A DNA stretch of 64,000 nt from the NCBI GenBank assembly GCA_963753755.1, contig CAVWDM010000013.1, forward strand, positions 281,055 through 345,054, in the 5' to 3' direction. Below are positions 10,053 through 20,215 of this stretch, in pieces. The DNA comes from an uncultured Gammaproteobacteria bacterium. Its GTDB lineage: Bacteria > Pseudomonadota > Gammaproteobacteria > UBA9214. Every line of letters starts with the position of its first letter. The stretch's first letter is position 1. A program made the position numbers and the translations under genes. Below the pieces are notes generated by a model. The model did not search any database. It was not told the DNA's origin and was given only the letters and a program-made list of their open reading frames with translations.

Positions 10053-10773
10053 ATGAAGTTACTGAGCTTTGACATAGAGATTTCGGATGTCTTCGAGTTG
10101 GGCAAACACGAAGACATGGAGAAGTATGCGCCGTTTCATATTTCGGTGGCGGCAACGGCCATTCATGATGGGGAGGAACGGGTGTGGTATTCCGAGGATG
10201 AGGAAGGTCGTCCGGCGTTGAACTTGACGCAGCAACGGGCGCATGAACTCCTGGAGTATCTCGACGAGATGCAGCAAAAGGAATTCATGGTCTGCGCGTG
10301 GAATGGCTTGAGCTTCGATCTGAAATGGATCGGACATCAGGCCGATGACATGGCCCTCGCCGCTCGAATCGCTCTGAAGAGTTACGATCCCATGTTCCAG
10401 TTCTTCAACCAGGCTGGCTTCCCTGTTCGGCCTGGCGAAGGTGGCGCAAGCTATGGGTATCTCGCAAGAAAAGCTCATGGACGGCGCGGACGCACCGAAG
10501 GAATGGCGTGCAGGAAATTACCAGAAAGTGATGGACTACTGCCTCGGTGATTGCCAGATGACCAATCTCATTATCCTTGCCATACAGAAGGCTCGGCAGG
10601 TTCAATGGGTGACAGGCAAAGGATATATCAGTTCAAAGCCTATGCCACGACTCAAGCCAGTCGAAGAAGTCATCCAAGATCCCGAGCCCGACCAGTCCTG
10701 GATGGATACACCAATTCCTAAGGTGAAGTTCTACGAATGGGTTCAGGAAGCCACTGGGATGAAAAATGAGTGA
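10053..10773 (+). pseudogene. DEDDy-type 3'-5' exonuclease-domain protein interrupted by a frameshift
   Basis: Exo I (LSFDIEIS) and Exo II (AWNGLSFDLKWI) motifs lie in frame 10053..~10410. The Exo III-like motif (YCLGDCQMT) lies in the overlapping +1 frame 10378..10773. The join is most parsimonious near 10405-10420. Confidence 0.5.
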
Positions 10774-11167
10774 AGATCTGACATTATTCTCCTTGCCCGA
10801 GCTGAAGGACGTCGTTCAAGATATGCGTGATTTGCTCTCGCAGAGTCATCTGGCGTTACTACTCGGAGCTGGATGCAGCAAGAATGCGGGACTTCCGCTG
10901 ATGCTTGAACTCACTGAGGAAGTCCTGGGGCATGACAAGATCGGTGAGGGAACGAAGAAACTCCTGGATACTGTTCGCAATCTGTTCTCCGGCGCAGAAA
11001 TTTCCACGATCGAAGACTTTATGAGTGAAATCGTTGACCTGTTCGGTGAGGGCGAATGGATTTTTGACAAAGACGAATGGAGGCTGGACTTTGAACGTGG
11101 TGTCACCATGCTCGGATGCCTGATTGCCCTTTGTTCGGTTGGATACCCGGAATCGAGGAGGCAGTAA
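10766..11167 (+). CDS. SIR2-like (SIR2_2 / ThsA-type) domain N-terminal fragment, probably a truncated remnant
   Basis: The 133-aa ORF contains the SIR2_2 N-terminal signature (ALLLGAGCSKNAGLPLMLELTEEV, compare ThsA IFAGAGLSMSVGYVSWAKLLEPIAQEIG). It lacks the remaining ~150 aa of the domain and ends 1 nt before the PPK2 start. Confidence 0.4.
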   Translation: MSEDLTLFSLPELKDVVQDMRDLLSQSHLALLLGAGCSKNAGLPLMLELTEEVLGHDKIGEGTKKLLDTVRNLFSGAEISTIEDFMSEIVDLFGEGEWIFDKDEWRLDFERGVTMLGCLIALCSVGYPESRRQ

Positions 11168-11168
11168 C

Positions 11169-12014
11169 GTGAGTAAGAAACACAAGAAATCGAAGCATAA
11201 AGGCAAGGCAAAGGACGAACAGTCTGTCGCGGAAAGCAAGCCGCGCTTGAAGAACAAGGAGTATGAAAAGGAACTGCGCAAGTTGCACGTGGAACTGGTG
11301 AAACTGCAGCAGTGGGTGGTTCACGAGGGACTCAAGGTCTGTGTGGTGTTCGAGGGACGTGACGGGGCCGGCAAGGGCGGCACCATCAAGGCGATTACCG
11401 AACGCGTCAGCCCGAGGATATTCCGGGTGGTCGCACTGCCAGCACCTACCGATCGCGAAAAGACCCAGATGTACATCCAGCGCTATCTCCCGCACATGCC
11501 TGCGGCAGGTGAAGTCGTGATATGGGACCGCAGCTGGTACAACCGCGCGGGCGTCGAGCGTGTCATGGGCTTCACTAGTGAGGATCTGGTGCAAAGGTTC
11601 CTGAAGATGGCGCCAGACGTCGAGAAGGCGATAGTGGATTCCGGGATTATCCTCATCAAGTACTGGCTGGAAGTCGACCAGGATGAACAGACGCGCAGGA
11701 TGGAAGGGCGTATTACAGACGGCCGCAAGCTCTGGAAGCTGTCGCCCATGGATCTCGAGTCCTACAAGCGCTGGTACGACTATTCGCGGGCCCGGGACGA
11801 GATGATTGCGGCCACGGACACGGAGCATGCGCCCTGGCACGTCGCCAATTCAAATGACAAGAAACGTGTCCGCCTCAACATCATTACCCATTTGCTCGAG
11901 CAGATACCCTACAAGTCGCTGCCGCACAAGAAGGTCAAGCTGCCGCCACGGCAGAAACCCGGTGATTACAGGGAGCCGGATTACCCGCTCAAGTACGTTC
12001 CGGAGAAGTTTTAA
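11169..12014 (+). CDS. ppk2: polyphosphate kinase 2 (PPK2; polyphosphate:NDP phosphotransferase)
   Basis: GTG start after a GGAGG RBS. Walker-A-like FEGRDGAGKGGTIK and the lid region (WDRSWYNRAGVERVMGF) are typical of single-domain PPK2. Confidence 0.85.
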   Translation: MSKKHKKSKHKGKAKDEQSVAESKPRLKNKEYEKELRKLHVELVKLQQWVVHEGLKVCVVFEGRDGAGKGGTIKAITERVSPRIFRVVALPAPTDREKTQMYIQRYLPHMPAAGEVVIWDRSWYNRAGVERVMGFTSEDLVQRFLKMAPDVEKAIVDSGIILIKYWLEVDQDEQTRRMEGRITDGRKLWKLSPMDLESYKRWYDYSRARDEMIAATDTEHAPWHVANSNDKKRVRLNIITHLLEQIPYKSLPHKKVKLPPRQKPGDYREPDYPLKYVPEKF

Positions 12015-12196
12015 CATATGGTGCCGTGCGCCGGTCATACTTGACTGGCGCAGTGAGAACAACAGAAGCCGGAGGTCAGGCTGGTGGATGAAGTCACTCC
12101 GGTGGTTCTAAGATGGCATCCAGCCACGTTCTTGCCGGCAGTTCGGTGGCACGTGGATTGCCGGGTTTCCGTGAGCACATTTCATAGGGGACTGCC

Positions 12197-13888
12197 ATGA
12201 ATGCCGTGAATAAAAACTCCGGCGGATTCCGCCTGCCAATCCTGCAGGGCGTACTGCCCATAAAGGCCTCGCAGATTCCGCTCGAGCTCATCGCCGGTCT
12301 CACCCTGGCGGCACTGGCGATACCCGAAGTGATGGGTTACACCAAGATTGCCGGGACCCCGGTGATCACCGGGCTGTACACCATCCTCATTCCCATGGCC
12401 CTGTTTGCCCTGTTTGGTTCCTCGCGGCACCTGGTGGTCGGGGCGGATTCGGCAACGGCGGCCATGCTCGCCGCCGGCCTGGTGGGGCTGGCGGCCACCG
12501 GTTCCGATGAATACGTGGCGCTGGCGGCAGTGCTTGCCTTGATGGCCGCGGCCTTTCTCATCCTGGCGCGGATTATCGGCCTGGGCTTCATGGCGGACTT
12601 CCTGTCACGCACGGTCCTGATCGGATTTCTCACCGGTGTCGGCATCCAGGTCGCACTGGGCGAGCTCTCCGGCATGCTCGGCCTGAAGGGCGGCGGGCAC
12701 GGCACCCTGCAGAAGATCTGGAACGATATCCAGCAGATCGAACAGGTCAATCTCTACGCGGTGGCCATTGCGATCAGTGTGCTGGTGGTGATCGTGGGTT
12801 CGAAAAAGCTTTCGAAAAAGATACCGGGGGCGTTGATCGCCGTGGTGAGTGCCATTGTCGCCAGCTGGGCATTGAATCTGGGGGCGCATGTGCACGTACT
12901 CGGTGAGGTACCAGGCGGTCTGCCACACATCGGGCTGCCGCAGGTTGACTGGAGCTGGGGACTCATCGGCAAGCTGGTGCCGGTCGCGTTTGCCATGTGC
13001 GTGGTTATCCTGGCACAGAGCGCTGCGACCTCGCGGGCCTATGCCACACGCTACAACGAACGCTTCAGTGAGAACACCGATCTCGTCGGCCTGGGGCTGG
13101 CCAACATCGGCGCGGGCCTGTCCGGCACTTTTGTCGTCAACGGCAGCCCGACCAAGACCCAGATGGTCGACAGCGCCGGGGGACGCAGCCAGCTGTCGCT
13201 GTTGTTCACCACAGCCATCGTGCTGCTGGTGCTGTTGTTCCTCACCGGGCCCCTGGCCTACATGCCGGAGGCAGTACTGTCAGCGGTCGTGTTCCTGATC
13301 GGTATCGACCTGGTCGACATCAACGGCATGCGCCGTATCTTCGCCCAGCGACGCTCGGAGTTCTGGGTGGCCCTGATTACGACACTGATGGTGGTGTTCG
13401 TCGGCGTCGAACAGGGCATCCTGCTGGCCATCGCACTGTCGCTGATCGATCACACCCGTCGTGGCTATCATCCGAAGAATGCCCTGCTCATGCCAACTGA
13501 ATCCGGCGTATGGAAGCCGCAAGCTGTGGCAAGCCAGGCCCAGGCCGCCCCCGGACTCATGATCTACCGTTTCACACACAGCATGTACTATGCGAATAGC
13601 CAGCAACTGTCCGAAGAGATCACGAATCTTGTCAACAGCGCAGAGCCACCGCTGCGCTGGTTCTGCATGGATGCCTCTGCGGTCGATGATGTGGACTATT
13701 CCGCGGCAGAGACACTGCGTGCGCTCCACGGCATACTGCATGAAAAAGGCATCCGGCTGGTGGTGGCGCAGGTCATGGAAGGCGTCAAGGACAAGAGCCA
13801 CTACGAGCTGCGTCAGCTGTTCGGTGATGATGCCTTCTTCGACACCCTGGGAGACGTCATGCAGGCCTACCAGGCACAGAAAATGTAG
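12197..13888 (+). CDS. SulP-family anion transporter with a C-terminal STAS domain
   Basis: 563 aa. The SulP N-terminal signature (LIAGLTLAALAIPEVMGYTKIAGTP) and a C-terminal STAS-like region are present. Confidence 0.85.
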   Translation: MNAVNKNSGGFRLPILQGVLPIKASQIPLELIAGLTLAALAIPEVMGYTKIAGTPVITGLYTILIPMALFALFGSSRHLVVGADSATAAMLAAGLVGLAATGSDEYVALAAVLALMAAAFLILARIIGLGFMADFLSRTVLIGFLTGVGIQVALGELSGMLGLKGGGHGTLQKIWNDIQQIEQVNLYAVAIAISVLVVIVGSKKLSKKIPGALIAVVSAIVASWALNLGAHVHVLGEVPGGLPHIGLPQVDWSWGLIGKLVPVAFAMCVVILAQSAATSRAYATRYNERFSENTDLVGLGLANIGAGLSGTFVVNGSPTKTQMVDSAGGRSQLSLLFTTAIVLLVLLFLTGPLAYMPEAVLSAVVFLIGIDLVDINGMRRIFAQRRSEFWVALITTLMVVFVGVEQGILLAIALSLIDHTRRGYHPKNALLMPTESGVWKPQAVASQAQAAPGLMIYRFTHSMYYANSQQLSEEITNLVNSAEPPLRWFCMDASAVDDVDYSAAETLRALHGILHEKGIRLVVAQVMEGVKDKSHYELRQLFGDDAFFDTLGDVMQAYQAQKM

Positions 13889-14031
13889 GCAGGTGGAGAA
13901 TATGCTGGAGACTCTCACAGGAGAGAATAGCGATGGAATTACAGTCGGTCGTCGTCGGGTTGGTACCGAAAGATCGCTACCCACTGGTGGCCAGCCGCAG
14001 CCGTACCTGCAGAATAGCGAATACTACGGCT

Positions 14032-15372
14032 ATGACCCTGTTACGCCTTGTCTCCATCGTTAGCCTGTTACTGCTACTTTCCGCCTGCGCCACACGCGGG
14101 GTGGTTGTGAATACTCCCGGGCCGGTGTCCGACAATGATCCCAGTTATTCTCTCAGCACATTTCAGCAGCAATGGGCAACCGATGAGAACGCGCTGATGC
14201 TGGCGTTCTCCGGTGGCGGTAGCCGTGCTGCGGCCCTGTCTTATGGTGTGCTCAAGGAATTGCGCGACACGCCGGTCACGACTGTTAACGGCGGCAAGCG
14301 TCTTCTGGATGAAGTACACAGCATCTCGTCGGTGTCGGGTGGCAGTTTCACCTCGGCCTATTACGGACTGCACGGAGACGGGATCTTCGATGACTACGAG
14401 GACGTGTTTCTTCGCCAGAATGTGGAGGGCGCGCTGTTCCGGCGACTCTTCAATCCGTTGCTGTGGTTCAGCAATACCGGACGCACCGAGATGGCGGCGA
14501 ACTATTACGACAAGACCCTATTCAAGGGCGCCACCTTCGCTGACCTGTCGCGGCAGGAGGGGCCCATGATTGTGATCAACAGCTCCGATCTCGGCTATGG
14601 CGTGCGCTTTTCTTTCATCCAGGAGTATTTCACGCTGCTCTGTTCAGACCTGTCGACCTTCCCGGTTTCCCGGGCGGTAACCGCTTCCTCAGCCGTACCG
14701 GTGTTGTTTAATCCGGTGGTGCTTCGCAACTACCCCGAGTGCGGCACTCAATTGCCCGACTGGCTCAAGGCGGCACGCGCTCGGGCCAGCGGTAACCGGG
14801 AGATGATCATGGTGGTCGAGGGACTGGAAACCTATTACGACCGTGATGACCGCCAGTACGCCCACTTCGTTGACGGGGGGCTCACCGACAATCTGGGGCT
14901 GCGCGCCCTCTATGAGATTGTCTCGCTCTCGGGCGGTACCCTGGCCGAATACAACAAGAAATACAATCGCACGCCGCCAAAGCGAGTCGTTATGATCTCG
15001 GTCAACGCCTCTACCGAGCCGGGCCATCATATGGACAGCAGCGATAAGCAACCGTCACTAGGCAAGACCATCGGCGCCGTGAGCGATATCCAGCTGCACC
15101 GTTACAACACGGCGACTATCGAATTGATGAAGAAGACCCTCGTCAGTTGGGCGCAAGGACTGTCAACAGAAGACACGCATGTCGAATCCTATTTCATCCT
15201 CCTCGACTTCGACGGCATTCACGATCCCAAGCGGCGCAAAGCCCTCAACCAGATCCCTACAAGCTTCAATCTGAGTGACGAGCAGGTGGACTTGCTGATC
15301 GAGGCCGGTGGCGAGTTATTACGCACCAATCCCGAATTCCAGCGCCTGCTGATCGACCTGCGGGAAGGCTGA
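14032..15372 (+). CDS. patatin-like phospholipase family lipoprotein
   Basis: Lipobox LLLSAC after the signal peptide. The glycine-rich oxyanion motif AFSGGGSRAAALSYGVL and the serine motif SSVSGGSF are present. The ORF track extends upstream to 13933, but the ATG at 14032 gives a clean lipoprotein signal. Confidence 0.8.
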   Translation: MTLLRLVSIVSLLLLLSACATRGVVVNTPGPVSDNDPSYSLSTFQQQWATDENALMLAFSGGGSRAAALSYGVLKELRDTPVTTVNGGKRLLDEVHSISSVSGGSFTSAYYGLHGDGIFDDYEDVFLRQNVEGALFRRLFNPLLWFSNTGRTEMAANYYDKTLFKGATFADLSRQEGPMIVINSSDLGYGVRFSFIQEYFTLLCSDLSTFPVSRAVTASSAVPVLFNPVVLRNYPECGTQLPDWLKAARARASGNREMIMVVEGLETYYDRDDRQYAHFVDGGLTDNLGLRALYEIVSLSGGTLAEYNKKYNRTPPKRVVMISVNASTEPGHHMDSSDKQPSLGKTIGAVSDIQLHRYNTATIELMKKTLVSWAQGLSTEDTHVESYFILLDFDGIHDPKRRKALNQIPTSFNLSDEQVDLLIEAGGELLRTNPEFQRLLIDLREG

Positions 15373-15414
15373 GTTGATAGTCGTGTCAGCAGACAAATGA
15401 GGAGGATGTGAAGC

Positions 15415-16645
15415 ATGTATGAAAATCTGGCAATCCTGGCGGTGTTCGTTTTTCTCTACAGCATTGCCAGCGGAGGACTCGAGCGCACACCCATCAACGG
15501 GGCACTCCTGTTTGCCGCCTTCGGCCTGGCACTCGGCCCGCTGGGTCTTGGCGTCCTGAGCATGAACGTGGACTCGGAGGGGCTGCGCACGCTTGCCGAG
15601 CTGACGCTGGCACTGGTGTTGTTTACGGATGCCGCCAATGCGAATCTCGGTGTACTCAAGCGGAGCATCGGCACCCCCGAACGTTTGCTGTTGATCGGTC
15701 TGCCCCTGACCATCCTGCTTGGCTTCGGGATCGGCGTGCTTGTATTCGACGGGTTGACCCTGCTGGAGATCGCCATTCTCGCAACCATGCTGGCACCCAC
15801 CGATGCGGCCCTGGGCAAGGCGGTGGTGACGAATGAGGCCGTGCCGTCCAACATTCGCGAGGGGCTGAATGTCGAAAGCGGCCTGAACGACGGTATCTGT
15901 GTTCCGATCCTGTTTGTGTTTCTTGCCCTTGTGACTGCCACGGGTGCCGAGACCAGTACCCCTGTGCTCGCGATGAAACTGGTGGCCGAAGAGATTGGTA
16001 TCGGCGTCGCCGTGGGCGTTGGGCTGACGGTTCTGGGCAGTTGGCTGCTGACGAGGTTTGCTGACCGTGGACTGGATCACCGAGACCTGGCGGCAACTTC
16101 CCGTCCCGGCACTGGCCGTGGCTTGTTTTGCAGTGGCGCAGTGGCTGGGGGGCAGCGGCTTCATTGCCGCCTTTGCCGGTGGCCTGTTGTTTGGCGGACT
16201 GACGAAGCGTCACAAACACAAGCTTCTGCTTGCCGCCGAGGGGACCGGTGATACGCTGGCCCTGATTACCTGGGTGGTGTTCGGTGCTGCCGTGGTCGGT
16301 CAGTCGATCGGGTCTTTCAGCTGGGACGTCGTGCTCTATGCCGTGCTCAGCCTGACCGTTGTGCGCATGCTGCCGGTCTTCCTGGCGCTCACCGGAATGA
16401 AGCTGCGCACGGATGAAAAACTGTTCATGGGCTGGTTCGGACCCCGCGGACTGGCGAGTATCGTGTTCGCCGTCATTGTGCTCAACGAACACCTGGCCGG
16501 CGGCAGCATCATCATCAGTACCGTGGTCTGCACCATCGCACTCAGCGTTATCGCACACGGTCTCAGTGCGAATCCCCTGGTCGCTGCACTCGCGGCGCGG
16601 ATAAAACGTGCCGCAGTGAAAACCGTGGCAGGTGGGCAGGATTAG
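15415..16645 (+). pseudogene. NhaP-type (CPA1) Na+/H+ antiporter split by a frameshift near 16060-16075
   Basis: ORFs 15415..16251 and 16058..16645 are both CPA1-like (..TRFADRG | WITETWRQLPVPALAV..) in different frames. The tail of the first ORF after the shift is compositionally non-protein-like. Confidence 0.7.
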
Positions 16646-16663
16646 CGCCGGGAAAGGATAGCC

Positions 16664-18832
16664 ATGACCCTGTCAAGAAAGGCCAAGGAAGCCATCAAGG
16701 TCGCGCTGGCGATGTCTCTCGCCTATGGTATTGCTTTGCAGTTGGGTTGGGACAAGCCCATGTGGGCAGGGTTTGCGGTGGCCTTTGTCAGCCTGGCAAC
16801 GGTTGGTCAGTCGATGAACAAGGCCGCCTTGCGCATGCTTGGCACGCTCATTGCCGTTGTGATCGCGTTACTGCTCATCGCCCTGTTTGCCCAGGATCGC
16901 TGGCTGTTCATGCTGTTCCTGTCTGCCTGGGTCGGTTTTTGCAGCTATATGATGGGTGGAAAGAAACACCAGTATTTCTGGAATGTCTGCGGTTTTGTCT
17001 GTGTGATCATCTGTATGGATGCCGGTCCCGATGCGGTTAATGCCTTTGATCTCGCTATGCTGCGCGCCGAAGAGACCGGGTTGGGTATCCTCGTCTACAG
17101 CCTGGTCGCGGTGCTGCTGTGGCCGAGTAAATCACGCGCCGGGTTCGAGGCTGCCGTTGTGACGCTGGCATCGACACTGCACCAGCAGTACCAGGCATAC
17201 CTGTGCATGATGAACGGCAAGGGGAGTGTCAAGGACACGCAGGCACTGAGGGCGCAGGAGATTCATGCTCGCACCGGCTTTAGCCAACTCCTGGATGCAG
17301 CCGTGTCCGACAGCTATGATGTGTGGGAACAGCGGCAACAATGGCGATGTTACCAGCGGCAGGCGCATGAACTGGGTAGTGCCATGGAGCACTGGCGTGA
17401 GAGCCTCCCCGAGGTTCTGGTGCTGGATTTGCAGCCATTGCTGCCCGGGCTGGCCGACTTCAGTGCCGAACTTGAGAAGCGATTCGTGCAGATCGAACGC
17501 ATGCTGGCTGGTCAGGCACCGGAGCGGGCGCCGCTCACGATAGGCCTTGCCGTCAACACCGGCGGGGTTCAGACCCTGTCCCATTTCCAGAGGGCGGCAC
17601 TGGCCGTCAGCCGAACCCGGCTGCTACAGATTGAACGACTGACGCGGTCACTGTTTGGCAGCATCGCTGGTCTCAAGGGATTCGGCCAAGCGAGTGCCGT
17701 GTGCGATACAATCCCTTCACCGCAGGCCGGCATTGTGCCTGACCCGGATCGGGTCGTAGCTGTCATGCAGGTCATGGCGACATTGTGGCTTGCCTGGTTC
17801 GCAGTGATCTTTGTCAGCGATATTCCAGGCGGTGCCGGTTTCGTCACCATGGCTGGCAGCCTGGGCATGGCCATGGCGAGCATGCCACAGCTAAGCGTCA
17901 CACTGCTGCTCGTGCCGGCTGCGACCAGCGTGCTGTTTGCCAGCCTGGTCTACATTTTCGTGATGCCGCAACTGTCGAGCTTCCTCGGCCTCGGTGTGCT
18001 GATTTTTACAGTGACCTTTGCCATCTGCTACCTGTTTGCCGCGCCCCGGCAGATGCTGGGCAGGGCTTTTGGTCTGGCCATGTTTGTCTCCATTGCCTCT
18101 ATTTCAAATGAACAGAGCTACAGCTTCTATGCCTTTGCCACAACCGTGCTGATGTTTCCCCTGATCTTTCTGTTGCTGGCCATCACGGCGAACATCCCTT
18201 TTTCGTCACGTCCCGAACGGGCATTTCTGCGCTTGCTGGGTCGCTTTTTCCGCAGTTGCGAATACCTGATATCCAGCAATTACCGGGATCCGCACCGCCC
18301 GGAAACACGACTTGAACGCTGGAGAACCGCATTTCATGCATCCGAGGTGTCAAACCTGCCCGCCAAACTCGGGGCCTGGGCCCGGGTCATCAATACCAGG
18401 GTACTGCCTGGCACCACGCCGCAGCAGGTGCAGGTTCTGTTGACCAGTCTCGAGAGTCTCTCCAGCCGCATGCAGACCCTGATCGAGTCACGTGCTTATC
18501 CCCAGTCACCACTTCTCGTGCAGGCCTTGAGCAAGGACACACAGGCCTGGCCGCTCATGGTAGCAAGGACCTTCCAGCACCTTTCGCGGGATCCAACTGC
18601 CGTGGAGCAGGCGGCATTTCGCAGCAAACTGGACAGTATGCTGGGTCATATGGAAGAGACCATTAAAAATACTCTGAACAAGCTTCCCGAAGGGCAGCTT
18701 AGTGAGCAGGATGCAGAAAACTTCTACGGTCTGCTCGGCGCGTACAGGGATGTGTCGGAAGCGCTGGTAAATTTTGCTGCGGGCGCCGAAGCCATTGACT
18801 GGTCCCGCTGGCGCGAAGCACGGTTTGCATGA
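16664..18832 (+). CDS. FUSC-family (fusaric-acid-resistance / AaeB-like) efflux transporter inner-membrane subunit
   Basis: 722 aa, with a duplicated membrane domain typical of AaeB/FusC (N-terminus MTLSRKAKEAIKVALAMSLAYGIALQLGW). Confidence 0.8.
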   Translation: MTLSRKAKEAIKVALAMSLAYGIALQLGWDKPMWAGFAVAFVSLATVGQSMNKAALRMLGTLIAVVIALLLIALFAQDRWLFMLFLSAWVGFCSYMMGGKKHQYFWNVCGFVCVIICMDAGPDAVNAFDLAMLRAEETGLGILVYSLVAVLLWPSKSRAGFEAAVVTLASTLHQQYQAYLCMMNGKGSVKDTQALRAQEIHARTGFSQLLDAAVSDSYDVWEQRQQWRCYQRQAHELGSAMEHWRESLPEVLVLDLQPLLPGLADFSAELEKRFVQIERMLAGQAPERAPLTIGLAVNTGGVQTLSHFQRAALAVSRTRLLQIERLTRSLFGSIAGLKGFGQASAVCDTIPSPQAGIVPDPDRVVAVMQVMATLWLAWFAVIFVSDIPGGAGFVTMAGSLGMAMASMPQLSVTLLLVPAATSVLFASLVYIFVMPQLSSFLGLGVLIFTVTFAICYLFAAPRQMLGRAFGLAMFVSIASISNEQSYSFYAFATTVLMFPLIFLLLAITANIPFSSRPERAFLRLLGRFFRSCEYLISSNYRDPHRPETRLERWRTAFHASEVSNLPAKLGAWARVINTRVLPGTTPQQVQVLLTSLESLSSRMQTLIESRAYPQSPLLVQALSKDTQAWPLMVARTFQHLSRDPTAVEQAAFRSKLDSMLGHMEETIKNTLNKLPEGQLSEQDAENFYGLLGAYRDVSEALVNFAAGAEAIDWSRWREARFA

Positions 18833-18854
18833 TGACGTATCGGAAACAACAATA

Positions 18855-19064
18855 ATGCCCGTTCCTCACGAATTCGCCATAGGCGGTGTTTATCTGGCAC
18901 CGCTGCTTGTCGCAGCCCTGTTCGGAGTAATAGCCGCCGTGGTGACAGCGCGCCTGCTCGACCGATACCGGCTATCGAGGTACCTTTACTCTCCGCCGCT
19001 GGTGCTGCTGGCACTGATGATTCTTTATACCGTCCTCATCGGGACATTTATTATTGGAGCATAG
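18855..19064 (+). CDS. DUF1656 (AaeX-like) small membrane protein
   Basis: 69-aa two-TM protein between the FUSC and MFP genes, as in aaeXAB operons. Confidence 0.6.
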   Translation: MPVPHEFAIGGVYLAPLLVAALFGVIAAVVTARLLDRYRLSRYLYSPPLVLLALMILYTVLIGTFIIGA

Positions 19065-19067
19065 CGA

Positions 19068-20205
19068 GTGAAACTATCCCGTAACTACCTGCTGACGGGC
19101 GCCATTGTCCTGCTCGCCATCGCTGCGGTCTTGCTCAAGTACTGGGACTATGTCCTCAACCCCTGGACCCGGGACGGGCAGGTGCGTGCCGAGGTGATTC
19201 AGATCACCCCGCGGGTATCCGGTCCTATCGTGTCGCTTGCCGTGAAGGACAACCAGTTCGTGAAGGCCGGCGATCTGTTGTTCGAAATTGATCCGCGTAC
19301 CTTCGCGGCCAGTGTGGATGCAGGCAAGCGCACAGTATGACAAAGCCAGAGACAACTACCTCGCCCGGAAAAGCAGGTTGAGGCGGCACAGGCCCAGGTC
19401 GAGGTTGCGACGGGCTTCACTGGATCAGGCGACCAGTGCCATCAAGCAAGCCGATGCCGAGATTGAAAAGAACAAGGCCGAGTTCCAGCGCCAGCAGGAG
19501 TTGCTGCCGCAAAAGGCGACCTCGCAAAAGTCGGTGGAGCGTGCCAGGGCAAACTACGAGGTCGCGGTGGAGAAACGCAAGGGTGCTGTCGCCAGCCTGA
19601 CCCAGGCGAAGGCTTCCCTGCCGCAGAGCGAAGCCGACCTGGCGGAGACCCGTGCCAACCTTGGTGCACCCGGGGAGGCCAATGCCAGTGTGCGTGAAGC
19701 GCGGGCGAATGTGCAGCAGGCAGAGTTGAACCTCGAGTTCACACAGGTGAGGGCGCCGGTGGATGGTTACGTCACCAATCTTAACCTGCGGCTCGGTAGC
19801 CAGGCAGTTTCCAACCAGCCGGCGCTGGCGCTGGTCGATGTCAACAGTTACTGGATAGACGGGTTCTTCAGGGAGAATTCCATTGAGGAAATCCAGGCAG
19901 GAGACAAGGCCATCATCACCCTGATGACCTATCCGGATAAACCGATTGAGGGCTATGTGGACAGCCTCGGCTGGGGTATCGCCCAGCAGGACGGCAGTAC
20001 CGGTTTCGAATTGCTGCCGACGGTCAGCCCGACGTTCGAATGGATTCGTCTGGCGCAGCGTGTGCCGGTGCGCATTCACATGACCATGATTCCGGACGGG
20101 GTCGCGTTGCGTGTCGGCACGACTGCCTCGGTGCTGGTGATGACCGGTACCCCGGAAGGTGATCACGACACACCGGTACCACCCGTGCCGTCAGTGCTGC
20201 AGTAA
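19068..20205 (+). pseudogene. HlyD-family / AaeA-like membrane fusion protein with a frameshift near 19320-19335
   Basis: ORF 19068..19340 encodes the TM segment and beta-barrel start (..FEIDPRTFAASVDAGK). ORF 19288..20205 continues in another frame (..AQYDKARDNYLA..) through the AaeA-like C-terminus (EWIRLAQRVPVRI). Confidence 0.7.
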
Positions 20206-20215
20206 GGATGCCGCC

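Noticed and set aside
15319-16558. Large minus-strand ORFs (281 aa and 300 aa)
   Set aside because: Antisense to the NhaP antiporter gene. Their Arg/Gly/Pro-rich low-complexity translations are typical of GC-rich antisense frames.
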